This document shows positions 1-11,345 of a DNA stretch of 64,000 bases, one piece after another (the stretch's first letter is position 1; each line of letters begins with the position of its first letter). Below the pieces are notes generated by a model, which was not told the DNA's origin, did not search any database, and worked only from the letters and a program-made list of their open reading frames with translations. The translations under genes were made by a program, and so were the position numbers. This DNA is from Podarcis cretensis (Eukaryota), in assembly GCA_951804945.1 (NCBI GenBank), contig OX638165.1, positions 30,938,001 through 31,002,000 of the forward strand, in the 5' to 3' direction.

Positions 1-520
1 AGAGTCCAAGCAAAACAAAAGCCGGGCGAGGGGGCGGGGCGGCGTTAAAGCTGAGGGGGGTCGTGAAGGAGGAGAGAGTGGCGGCGGCGGCAACCACGAC
101 GACACCGGCGACCGAAGGACGAGCACGATGACTTCTCGGTCGCTTCTGGGCCCTGAGGAGAGCGGGGGGGCCCGGCTCGGGAGCAGCAGCAGCAGCAGCG
201 GCGGCGGTTGGAGCTTTCTATGACCCCCCCCTCTCTCCTCCCTCACAGGAGACACAAGCCCACCCAGCCCGCTGCCCGCCTCGCGTTGGGTCATGGTCGG
301 CAGCGCTCGCTGAGGAGGAGGCGGCGGCGGTGGCGGCGCGACCCTGGCCCCCCCCCAGCAGGTAGCCACTCTCCGCCTCCACGGTCGCTTCGTGCTCCCC
401 TGCCCCCTTTTTCCCCCCGGCTGGGACGAGGAAAGAAAGAAGAAAGGGCGACTGGGCTGTGTGTGAGTTGGTGTTTGGCGGGGGGGGCGGGACATCTCGA
501 TAGGGTGGGGGATACGCTCC
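1..520 (+). promoter_or_regulatory. YPEL1: CpG island / YPEL1 promoter and 5' region
   Basis: Very GC- and CpG-rich; GC box GGGGCGGGGC at 31-40; (GCA)n(GCG)n run at 182-207; lies 7.3 kb upstream of the first coding exon. Confidence 0.8.
60..361 (+). other. YPEL1: Putative non-coding first exon of YPEL1 (5' boundary unknown)
   Basis: Donor CAG|GTAGCC after 361 inside the CpG island; alternative donor GTGAGT at 463-468. The exon at 7639 has a clear acceptor, so an upstream exon is required. Confidence 0.5.
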
Positions 521-2049
521 CCACACATTCCAGTGTCTTGTCTCCCTCCCTCCCCCTTCTCTTTCATTCCTCCCCCCCCCCAAAAAAAAAAAACCACCTG
601 AGGATTGTGAGGAGTTTAGGTGTAGTTCTTCCTGGAAGGGTTGTTACTGATGGGGGGCAGGATCAGTTTATATTTGGGGTGGACTTAGCTTTTCTCCGCC
701 CCAACATTTGTGATCCAAGAGGTATTTTTTTGGGGGGGGGTGAACTTTGGGACTGATGACGATCCCTTTATCTGTATGGTTGCCTCTGTCGAAGGGAGGT
801 AGGGTATCCGGTCAACTTCTTTATTGACTATCTTTTCATATTCCCTGGAGGTTCAGAGGCGCTTAAAGCAACTTTCCAAAATGATGTTTGTTGTTTGGGC
901 GATGATATCCTGTCTCTAAGTAAACCAGCCAAGGCTGCTAAAAAAAAAAAAAAGAGGATTTCGAAAATATGAACAGGCTACAATTCTACAGCTTATGTAC
1001 TCAAAATCCACACTCAAGTTAAGTGGGACTTATTCCCAAGGTGTAAGTATGTAGGATTGCAGCCTAGGAAGACAGCAACAGTCATACAAAAGGACTGGGA
1101 AGCAAATTGCATTTAGATAATGAGCAGCTGACAAACAAAAGTGTTATAAAAGTAATTCAGAAAAATATTTCAAAAATTACTCTGGGAATAGTGATGGCCT
1201 TGACTAATACTTATTAATTTGCTAATAACAGCAATGTTTATATTCTATTGCATCCTCTTGGCAGAGGCAACTTACAGCAATTTCAACATCATCTGATCTC
1301 TTGGAGCCTCTTAAGATGAGAACCTTAAATAATGTGGTCTGTTTGGCCTGAGGAGAAAGAATTATTTTATTTTTAAAAATTTCCTCAACTTAGTAAGTGA
1401 TATTATGAGCCTCATACTAGTCCTTGAGTGCTAGATTTATTTACTTGAGTTTTTTTGGTGTCCTGTTGTGACACTGAAAGTTTAGAATGGCTAAAACCAA
1501 TTTTAGTGGCATCTGTGGGCCTCATGTCTCTTCCAAGGGCTCACCATTAAAAGATAAATAAATCCTGAACAAAAAAAGAGAAACCTCCAAGACATGGAGG
1601 AAAAGAATAGTTGTTTTTCTATTTGCTGTAGAAGGAAAAGAATTGTGCATCCTTGAGAAAGGTCTGATCAGAGCTGCTAGCCAGGGACTCCTGTTACCAG
1701 TTTGTCTCAAATGGAAGCCCAGTTTCTTAATAGAATTACTATAGGTGAGTGTGTATTGGAATGTACTCTGCACAGGCTCAGAAACCCAATAGCATGCACT
1801 TTAATGCTTTGTGTGTTCTAGAGTTTTTTTCAGATTCAAATTTAATCACCAGTTTGCATATACACAAAGGCTCCACTCTTCCTTCTCCCTTGTCTGAGCA
1901 GTCTGAGAAAGGAGTGCAGGGGGATTTGGCTTTTGCAGCCTGTGGAGGTAATAGGGGACACAATAGCCTCCATGAGGGTTTTTTGTTTACTTGAAGGTTT
2001 AGAAAGAAATTGTTTTGCAAGGTGGGTGTTGTTGTTTTTAATTAGCGTG

Positions 2050-3090
2050 TTACCGAGAGGGGGACAAGAGCTTATCCTAGCCAATTCAGTTCTGTAATCT
2101 TCTGTATGCGTCGGTGATTTAATTTCCTTCTCATGCTCCGCACTCCCTTTGCCCCTCCATCTTTCAGGGCTGCGCACCACAAGGGCGGTATGTTTACCCC
2201 TGATCATAGCATCGCAGAAATTCCCTACAAGATGCAGGCGGTCCTTGAGCCTGTTATCTGGGGCAGTAGAACAGTAAACATCTCTGAGTCGGTTTTGTGT
2301 CACTCTGCCTCCGCAAGCTCTTTGTCGGTTTGGAGCTGGGATGCGGGGGGGGGGGGGGCGTTTTGTTTGCTGCTCGGATTCGCACATTTTTCTATGACGA
2401 TCGTGCTGAGCAGCTGGGGGGGGGTCGTCTATACGTGCCGCCCCTTCTGCAGTTTCTTGTGGTTTTGGAGCCTGCTAGGCTGCTATTCAATGGCTCGAAC
2501 AAGTAAGCTCCAGAGGTAAGGGGATTTTCGTTCAGCTTCAGCTGCAGAACCGGATCTGTTTTGCTTTGCTTTGTTTGTGACTGCATGCTGGCTTGCTCTT
2601 TTCCGTCAGCCCTCGAGGCTTTTTCCTCGCCAGATCTTTCGCTTTCATTGATTTAACCGCAGAAAAGAGAACTTGCCCTTTCTCCCCCCTCCCCTGTCGG
2701 TTTCGTGGTGGTTGGAATTCGAAGCAAAGTGGAACTGGAATTCTGGCTCGAGCTGATCGCCCTGCGGCTGGACAAGGAAATGAAGGTGGAAAAACACCTT
2801 TCCTCCCCGACCTTGTGCCAGAACTGGACACCCCCCATCTTGGGCAAGTCGAAGCCAGCGTGCTTCGCTGCGCTCTAGGTCGACCCCACCGGGGGCGCTC
2901 AGACACTGTTTGTAAACAGTGCCAGAAAGTGAGCCGTTTGCAGCCGCCGTTGGCCTTTTGTTTTGATCCACCGGGCGCGGACTGGCTGTGGCAGGGGCTG
3001 GCTGCTGCTGCTGCTGTTGTGGGTAGGCTGGCTGGGACTTTGCTGCTGCACGTCCGTTCATCTCCCCTCCCCTCCTCCGTGCTGTAATGT
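2050..3090 (+). promoter_or_regulatory. Second CpG-enriched block; candidate alternative promoter / first exon
   Basis: CpG-rich unique sequence inside an otherwise AT-rich intron, with two consensus donors: AA|GTAAGC (2503) and AG|GTAAGG (2516). Confidence 0.4.
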
Positions 3091-6000
3091 CCAAAGCAGA
3101 CTGGAGGTGCATGTTTATTTTTAGAATGTTGCTTCTCGCAGTGCCCTTGCCTTTCTCCATGAAAAGTTGCCTTTTCCACAAGGCTCCGAACCCATTGTTT
3201 CTACACTTCAGAGGAAGAACAGGCAAAAGAAAGGGTAGGAGGAGATGTTTTGGTTAAAATCAGAGCAGGCAGTGATGTTTTGCTTTGTGGTCTGAGTGTG
3301 TAGTGAGGAGTTTTCAACTCCACTAACAACAGCCCTTGAAAGTGAAGATCAAATCTGCACAAGTCTTTTGTCTCTCTTTATTTTAGCATTGTTTGAAGTT
3401 TAGTAAGAGTGAGGTCTGTTAAATGGTCTTATGGAAATGTGTTTTCACAGAAGCCACTTTAGCACTGTCTACAATGCAGCAACATCTATTTCTATGTACT
3501 GTATACATTTGATGCAGTCTGGATTGCTGGTGGATCAGAAAGGTTCTTTAGCGTTAACAGACTTCATGGGAAAGTCCAAGACAGGAAAACAAGATTGATC
3601 TTTCTGAGTTCTTGGTTACTGTTAATGGGGGGTGGGAAGCAACTTAGCTTCAGTAAAATGAACAATTAAACAGCTACATTTTATGTGTCTTACATAACAA
3701 ATCTTAGGGGTTTTAAACTTAGCAAAAACCAACTGTGCATGTTTCTTCAGAAATAAATACTTCTCTGCTTATTTCAGCTTACTCTCAGATAAGTATGGAT
3801 AAGGTTATAACCCTGATTTTTGTAGTTCATATTTAATAGAAGGCCTTTTAGTAGCTTGGTAAAAACGTGAATGAAATGAAGGCTTGTTATAGTACAAAAC
3901 CTCTATAAATATAATGTATGAAATAGCAGTGGGACATACTGTATAGTAGAATCAAATGACCTGTTGCTTGTGTTCCTGATAAAAGCTATTTAATGGTTTG
4001 AGAATATCTTAATATTATGTAGATCTGTTGTATGCTGATAACGTTCTGTTGCAGCTAACATGCTTAAATATTTGTTTATACATCCGGGTGCAGAATTAGG
4101 ACAGCCCACTATGCTTAAGATTGGCTGTTGCTTGCCTACTAAGATTACGCTTTCCTTCAAATGACATCATGCTGGTAGATAGAAGAGCTAACATTGTACT
4201 GTATGCATTCAGTGTATGAATTGTAATATCACATGAAAATAACATTTATCCATCTAATAAAATGGGTAGCATGTTCAACTGGGAGTAGCAAGGGCATGAT
4301 GAAAATGAAAATTGTGTCTTAATTGCTTCCAGAATGAATGTTTGAAAAAACATATGTTCCAATGCTTAAACCTGTTTTCACATGGGGCTTGGCAGAGAAT
4401 ATCAGATTTGTACAGCATGCCCTTGTGTATAGTTAGTATTTTAGGGGAGACAAACATTTTGATGGCTTTTAAAACTCCTTTAGTGTTGTGAAATGGAATG
4501 GGGGGGGGGGCTTGGGTAGTTGTTATTACAATCTCAATCAGTTTTGCTTACACATTTAAAAGGGTAGTCTTTTCATAGTTCAGTAAATTTGAGCTCTACT
4601 GTATTTTCATCTCTCTCTTTTTGGTACTTCTGTAATCCTCAGGATTCGTCCACACCTGTAGTTTTTGGTTGCAGTGGGTATGGCAATTCATGTAGGTCTG
4701 TTTCAAGGAAACTACTGTTGGTTGGTTCCTTTCTACACCACAAAACTGAAAGCTATGCAGTGTACAATATGACTTCAGTTTAAAACCAAAACAACATAAC
4801 AAATACAATTGAACCAACCAAACAAACAGAAGCACAGAATGGGTCACCTAACAAGAAGGTTCTAAAAAACAAGATAATCCTTTTCATCAGAATGCTCCCT
4901 GAAATAATTAAGTATTGGTGCCTAAAACTCATTATTGTTGCTGCCAGCTTGATTTTATTAGGTAGACTGCCTATAAACCGGATGCCACCACACTAAATGC
5001 ACAATCTGTCACTGCCAGGCACTCTTAGATGTACCTCAATGGCAGATTGCAGATATCAGAGAAAGGTATATGAATAGTACTTAATCAAGTATTCAGAAAT
5101 CTTTGGTTTAACTTATTAGGCAGCTATTACCCTTGAGCCCTCCTTCCCCCTATATCTTCTGTCTGTGCCTGTGGCGGTGGAGTTTGGGAGGAATAAACTT
5201 TGTCTTAAAGATTTGACAGATGGTTCAATCTTATGCAACAGCCCAGTCAAAAATACAGAAAGACCCAACCCTTGATTCCAGTGCTTTATACCGGTAAATG
5301 CTTCCAGAGACTGTGGGGAAGCACTGAGAAGGTCCCATTGCTTTTTCTGAAGATCTGTAAAAGATGAAACAAGACCTCCACCCCCTGAAGTTATCTGTGC
5401 ATGCCAAAGAACATGGGAGGGGTCTATTCATGTTTCATTTCTCACAGGATTTTTGCAGAATGCAAAACTCTTCACAAAGGAAGTGCAAAGGGAAGCATAT
5501 TCCTCCGTGTTCTCTGCAGTTCCTTAAGAACTCAGGAAAAGGACTAGTCAGCAGAGGGAGGATAGGGGTTATTGCACTTCCTTGCACCACTGGCATCCCT
5601 GGTCTTAGTTAACAAGAAACATAATTGTGAAGTTCATGAGCACACTCTGCACATAAACTTTAAAGTAGGATAGTTGAAAACTGATGAGTTTACAAGTTTA
5701 AACCAACTTTAAACAAAAGTTAAAATGAAGCCAGATTAAAATATGTGAATGTAAAACAAAAAAACATGATGTCCACACAAATAATCTTTTAAAACTGAAT
5801 CTGCGACATTATCACATGCATTGAAGCATGTAAACTATTTTTATTGATTTTCAACTTACAAAACATAATTAATAAACTTTAAATGCGCTGCCATTGGCAA
5901 TACAGTAGTAAAATTCCTTTACTTTAGAATTCCATTCTCTCTCTCTAAGAACTGGATTAATTACTGCCATTGATTTTAATAAATTTAATTTTGAGATTTG

Positions 6001-7638
6001 ATTTTAGGTGACTGCCTTTCCTCATGTTTCCTACCTTAGTTCTACAAGGCACAGGCTCATTAATTTTAAGAAGGTTTGTGAATCCAACATTATATCTTAT
6101 TATACATTTATATTGTCCAAAGACTGAATTACTGCTTTCTCCTCTTCCCCACTCTCCCATTTATCTTGTTACAGGAATTATTCAGCCACCACTATGACTG
6201 AATAATTAACCAGAGGCTCAGATCAGTCACTGTAACTAACCATAGTTTAGGACCTAAACTATGATTTGAGCTTCCAAACATTAAACAAGCACTTTTATGG
6301 TTTAGAACTGTTTCCTATGGCCCTCCTTTCTCCCAGCATACAAGTTCACAATTTCATTTCCCATCTCTTTGTTGAAGCAGCCTCTGTAGTGACACCCATA
6401 TAACACCAGTTTTTAGAATTCAGACATTGCACCAAACCATGGCTTGCAAACCCCATATTACCTTAATGGTTGTCTCCTGTTCTTATTTGCTGCTTCTGGC
6501 TGCATGATATATGGTACTGTATTGACAACAGTCCTTTTTGGGGGGAGTTATTGTTTACACTTATTATTTCTACCACACCATAATCTTTGTGCCTTTCTAA
6601 TTTTTACTACCAATGGAAAATCCCAGGTTTCTTGACTGTCCTTGTTGAAATTGTTAAAGAAATGGTTAAAATGTTGATAGGGTTTTCCCACCTCTATGTT
6701 CACTCAGATTGATTTATTATGGGATACAGCATTGGTACTAGATGTCTGTGGTCTCCAGACCCTAAGTTCATTATTACATATTAGAATCAAATGAGACCAC
6801 CCTGAAGCTCGAGGATCTGAAGAGAATGTGTTTCTTGCTTCAGCTGGCTGATAATGAACAGAGGTTTGGCATTCATGGAGTGATACCATCTGCCAAGCTT
6901 CTGGAAATTATATTTTTTTTTGAGCAGCAGTATTTCTTATAGAAAGCTGTTTGAAGAGGCTACACTACAAAGTTTTTGAATCCACACAGTTCAGTATTTA
7001 TTTGGGCTTTGGCTGTGTTTAAACATCCTTATAAACTATGGCTTATTGTGATGGAAATGAGCCAAGGTGAGCCTTGGACTCATATGCTCCCTGTCTTTCC
7101 CCTCCTTCTCCAGTTTGGCTGCAAGTTGCTTGTTTCATTCAAACCTGACAACCTGTGGTTAACTATGGTTTGATTTAAACAAACAGACTTCAGAATGCAC
7201 TTACTTTGTGGGGAACCTATGGGCAGAAAGTTTCATAGTTGGCCTAACTCAGCAACTATTTTGTGTTGGCTGAGTGGAATGTTAGTTACGCTTGCCTTTT
7301 GTTCATCCAGCTGTTTTACCACCCTTGAGTTTCCAGTGCTTGTGTTTGCATATTGCCCTCTGTTGCAGTGTTCCCATCTCCCTTTTGGATGGGAGGTTGG
7401 GAGCACCTCAGTATTACAGTGCAAGAGTAGGGCTCCCCTCTCCTCTCCCATGTAGGACTCTGCGGCATATACATGCAGGCATGATATTTTAACAGACAGC
7501 AACACTGCATGTAACTTAAGGTACCCATTTTATTTTAAACTTACACTAATGATGAAATGGAGAAGTTAAATGTTTAATTAGAAATATGTACTATAAAAAG
7601 ACTTGAAGTGGCTTATATGCTTCTTTCTTCCGTTGCAG

Positions 7639-7804
7639 GTTTTGATTGTTTCTTCTGTGGCGTTTGTGTGGAAGCTGCCACACACACTCCAGAACAACAA
7701 CGGCTTTTGCTTGCATTTTCCAGTGTTTCTTTTGTCAGCAAGTTCAGCAAAGTTGTAATTCTTCAAGTGCCAGCCCTGATCAGAGTGAAGAACTGGCCAC
7801 AGAG
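7639..7804 (+). other. YPEL1: YPEL1 exon 2, 5' leader portion (no ATG; contains in-frame ACG at 7700)
   Basis: Acceptor ttctttcttccgttgcag|G before 7639; sequence runs uninterrupted to the ATG at 7805. Confidence 0.8.
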
Positions 7805-7921
7805 ATGGTAAAAATGACAAAATCCAAAACGTTCCAGGCTTACCTACCAAACTGTCATCGGACCTACAGTTGTATCCACTGCAGAGCCCATCTAGCCAAT
7901 CATGATGAACTAATTTCCAAG
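7805..7921 (+). CDS. YPEL1: YPEL1 (yippee-like 1) coding exon 1: [39 protein letters not shown]
   Basis: Matches the YPEL1 N-terminus as I recall it (TKSK and LPNC distinguish it from YPEL2 TRSK/LPSC). First CxxC of the Yippee zinc site. 117 nt, phase 0, donor AAG|GCAAGT. Confidence 0.96.
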
Positions 7922-8514
7922 GCAAGTGGCCTGTCTCTAGACCTCATGAATGCATGATCTGGTGCCTGTTTGTAACTGCCATAATGAGACAAAAAGATAC
8001 ACCAAAAGCTATGTGTTTCAGCGTCTATTAGAAATACACTGCATAAGAATTTACATAATATATTTCCTGATTACATTCTGTTTGTGTTCAGGTGCTACTT
8101 CTTGAGGTGTGTTTGGTCTCTTCTCAGGCCAGAATGATGTGTAATTGATATTTTAAAAGAAGTGCTCTTAATGTGAAGCACATTGATCAGGGTTGTGGTC
8201 ACTTGAGGTAATGTGACTAACCTGCTTGTTTTAGTTTGGTAGCATGATTCTTCTAAAGAGAATCACTGTGTAACTTACACTATGTTAATGTGTTCTTAAT
8301 ATTCAAGTACAGAAGATCTAGTATGCAGACATGAAATCTAAACCAACTAGCCAGCCATGTGAAGAAAATAGTCAATGGATTGAAGTATGCAGAGATGTAT
8401 ATCTGGTCAGTTGGAAAAGAAGGGTGGGTGGGTTTCTTCTTCTGTGTATGTTCTGCAGCTAGACCTGTCCAGTGAGAGCATTCCTGAAGTGAGGAAGCAT
8501 GCTTTTCAAAACTA

Positions 8515-8745
8515 CAGTGGTACCTCGGGTTACATACGCTTCAGGTTACATACGCTTCAGGTTACAGACTCCACTAACCCAGAAATAGTGCTTCAGGTTA
8601 AGAACTTTGCTTCAGGATGAGAACAGAAATCGTGCTCCGGCAGCAGGAGGCCCCATTAGCTAAAGTGGTGCTTCAGGTTAAGAACAGTTTCAGGTTAAGA
8701 ACGGACCTCTGGAACTAATTAAGTACTTAATCCGAGGTACCACTG
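8515..8745. mobile_element. Tc1/mariner-superfamily (Tigger/pogo-like) MITE
   Basis: TIR CAGTGGTACCTCGG...CCGAGGTACCACTG flanked by TA on both sides. Confidence 0.9.
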
Positions 8746-10207
8746 TACTTTCTTTTCTTCCTTGTTTTTCCCCTTTATGCATTCATTTGAAGGACTTTTG
8801 GTAACAACTATGAATCAAGGCTCTTTGAGATCTGTATATATGAAGAAACCTCTCACCAGGCAGTTTTCCCAACTCCTATGCAAAGATTTGGGAGTTTCTA
8901 TGTTTCTGAACTGAGAGACCATATTCTCCCAAGCATATATTCATATTCACCTGTTCTGTATCCACTCTTCATGTGCATTGGGGAGGAATTTGGACCTCAG
9001 GAAGAGCATCATCTAATATTCAGATTTTCCTTCACAGCAACGGGGTCTCTCATGATTGCTATATGCTGCGATCTACATGCACATATTCTGAAGAGTATGC
9101 ATTTGTTAGCAGTTGCTACAGCACTGGTTTGTGCTGCAGATTTAAGCTTACCACACAGAAACACAATAAAGGGAAAATGACAAGAGAAATGCTCCCTCCA
9201 CTGATTTTTGTTTCTCCCCCTCACCCCCAGCCAATTTTGCACCAAAATTAAGGGAATATTTTTTTTTAAACAAAGTATATTCTGTAAAGAAACCTCATAT
9301 AATTTTCTACTTCCTGTGTGTTAAAAATAGTATTGTATTCTCAGGTAAAAACATAATAAACAATCTACTAAACATTAAAAATGGTTTCAGACTGACAATT
9401 TGTCTAACACCCATCTTCTTTAATTGTTACAAGTTTAGTATACTGTGACTAATAAGTTGGTGGGACAGGGTCATGTAACTGTAATTAAACGTTGTACTTA
9501 ATTAGGTTAATTGGTATAGTTTTTAGATGACAAGAGAGAGGTGAGGGTTTCCGCTACAGTTATGGATTTTTTCAGTGCCTGGTTTTCCTAATTAGGTATG
9601 TTCACAAGACTGTGATGGGATGAAAATTGAATACATAGCAGTAATTTAAAGGTGTAAATGACTGGGTATGCCTGTTTTAAAAACAAACACTACAGTGCAA
9701 TTAGTTGACTCACTATTGCCCTTAAAATAAATCCAAACACTCCCTGGTTTGCAAACTACGTGGCGTGGTCATATGTGAATCACTCACGCTGCTGAAAAAA
9801 TGGAAGGAGGATTGCTTTCCAGTGTATCTTGCAGCCCATCAATCCCGGTGCTCATCCGGAATTCCTGTTTCTTCCAGCAATGAATATTGGAGGGCAGATT
9901 TCCTAGGAACTCCCACTATTGCAGTAACATACTGGGTAACTTTCCAAAAAGAGGTATTAGCAGCTTAGCTTCAATCATCCTCATGCACTAATATTGAAAC
10001 AAATATGAGTAATTGCCGAGGTGTGTATGTGTACACTTTGTACACAAATGGCAATGGCTAGTGGATGGTACAGATATGTGTGATACTGTGATTGTGTTTC
10101 ATACAAATTCTGTAAAGAAGGGGTGTAGCACCTTGTGAATCTGATCTTACTGGCTTAGCTTCATTTCCCTCCCTCTAGCCCTCCCACAGGCTATTTATTT
10201 GCCTGAA

Positions 10208-10422
10208 TAGTGGTACCTCGGGTTACAAACACTTCTGGTCACAAACTCTGATAACCTGGAAGTAGTACGTCGGGTTAAGAACTTTGCCCCAGGATGAGCA
10301 CAGAAACCGTGCACCGGCGGCAGCGGGAGGCCCCATTAGCTAAAGTGGTACCTCGGGTTAATGGTTTCAGGTTAAGGACGGAGCTCTGGAACGAATTAAG
10401 TTCGTAACCTGAGGTACCACTG
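10208..10422. mobile_element. Tigger/pogo-like MITE, same family as 8515
   Basis: Degenerate TIRs and the same internal sequence (ggaggccccattagctaaagtgg). Confidence 0.85.
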
Positions 10423-11099
10423 CAATTTTTAATCTTATTTTTTTATTCAACTGCAAGACCATTTTACCCTGCTGATGTATATTGGACATGGGACTTGTTA
10501 ATAGCTCTTGAACAATTAAATAATATGAATCACAGGAGCCAATACTTGGAAAGGCAACTAAGTTGTAATAAAACAGGCACTAATAAAATTCTTAACCCTG
10601 AGTATTGTAAGTAACAATAACAACTTATGGCTATTTGTGACTCACAATTTTGCTGTTTGCTGCACATCAGTATTTTGGCACATGTTTTCTCAGGCACACC
10701 ATATGTTAAAATATATGGTGTAACTTTCTCTGATCTCTTCTGACAGGGTGGTAATGAAAACCAAATGAAGTAATCTTGGAAATTTTGCTGGTTTATGGAA
10801 TAGACATCATTTTACAGCCGTTTTTATGTATTCAAATTCCTGTTTGAGATCTGTATTCCCCTTTGACCTATTAGGTAGCAATGATGATGTGTTCAAGAGG
10901 TTCATTTCAAGTACTGTATATATCTAGGCAGTCTAGGAAGGTGCTTTGATACAATTGCATTCCATATGAATACAATGTGGTTTCTAGGTGGTGCAGAATC
11001 CCATCTCCTCCTGTCCAAATTTGCATGTAGTGCGAAAGGGGCTGTCACCTCCTGTTTTTTTCTGCTCGGCATCTGGTACTCTGAGGAAAACTATTGATA

Positions 11100-11345
11100 C
11101 AGTGGTACCTCTGGATGCGAACAGGATCCATTCCGGAGCCCCGTTCGCATCCTGAAGCAAACGCACCCCGCGTCTGCGCATGCCACAATTCGCCGCTTCC
11201 GCGCATGCATGTGACGTCATTTTGAGCGTCTGCGCATGTGCGAGCCGTGAAACCCGGAAGTAACGCGTTCCGTTACTTCTGGGTCACCACAGAGTGCAAC
11301 CCGAAAATGCTCAACCTGAAGCTACTTCAACTCGAGTTATGACTG
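11100..11345. mobile_element. Tigger/pogo-like MITE, second family
   Basis: TA|CAGTGGTACCTC...GAGTTATGACTG|TA; internal palindromic gcgcatgcgc-type motifs. Confidence 0.85.

Noticed and set aside
208-756. 182-aa and antisense ORFs over the CpG island
   Set aside because: Low-complexity GC-rich frames with no recognisable domain, running past the splice donor. Only the spliced uORF interpretation was kept.
1842-3226. Several overlapping 130-213-aa ORFs on both strands
   Set aside because: Expected from stop-codon depletion in GC-rich DNA; no recognisable homology.
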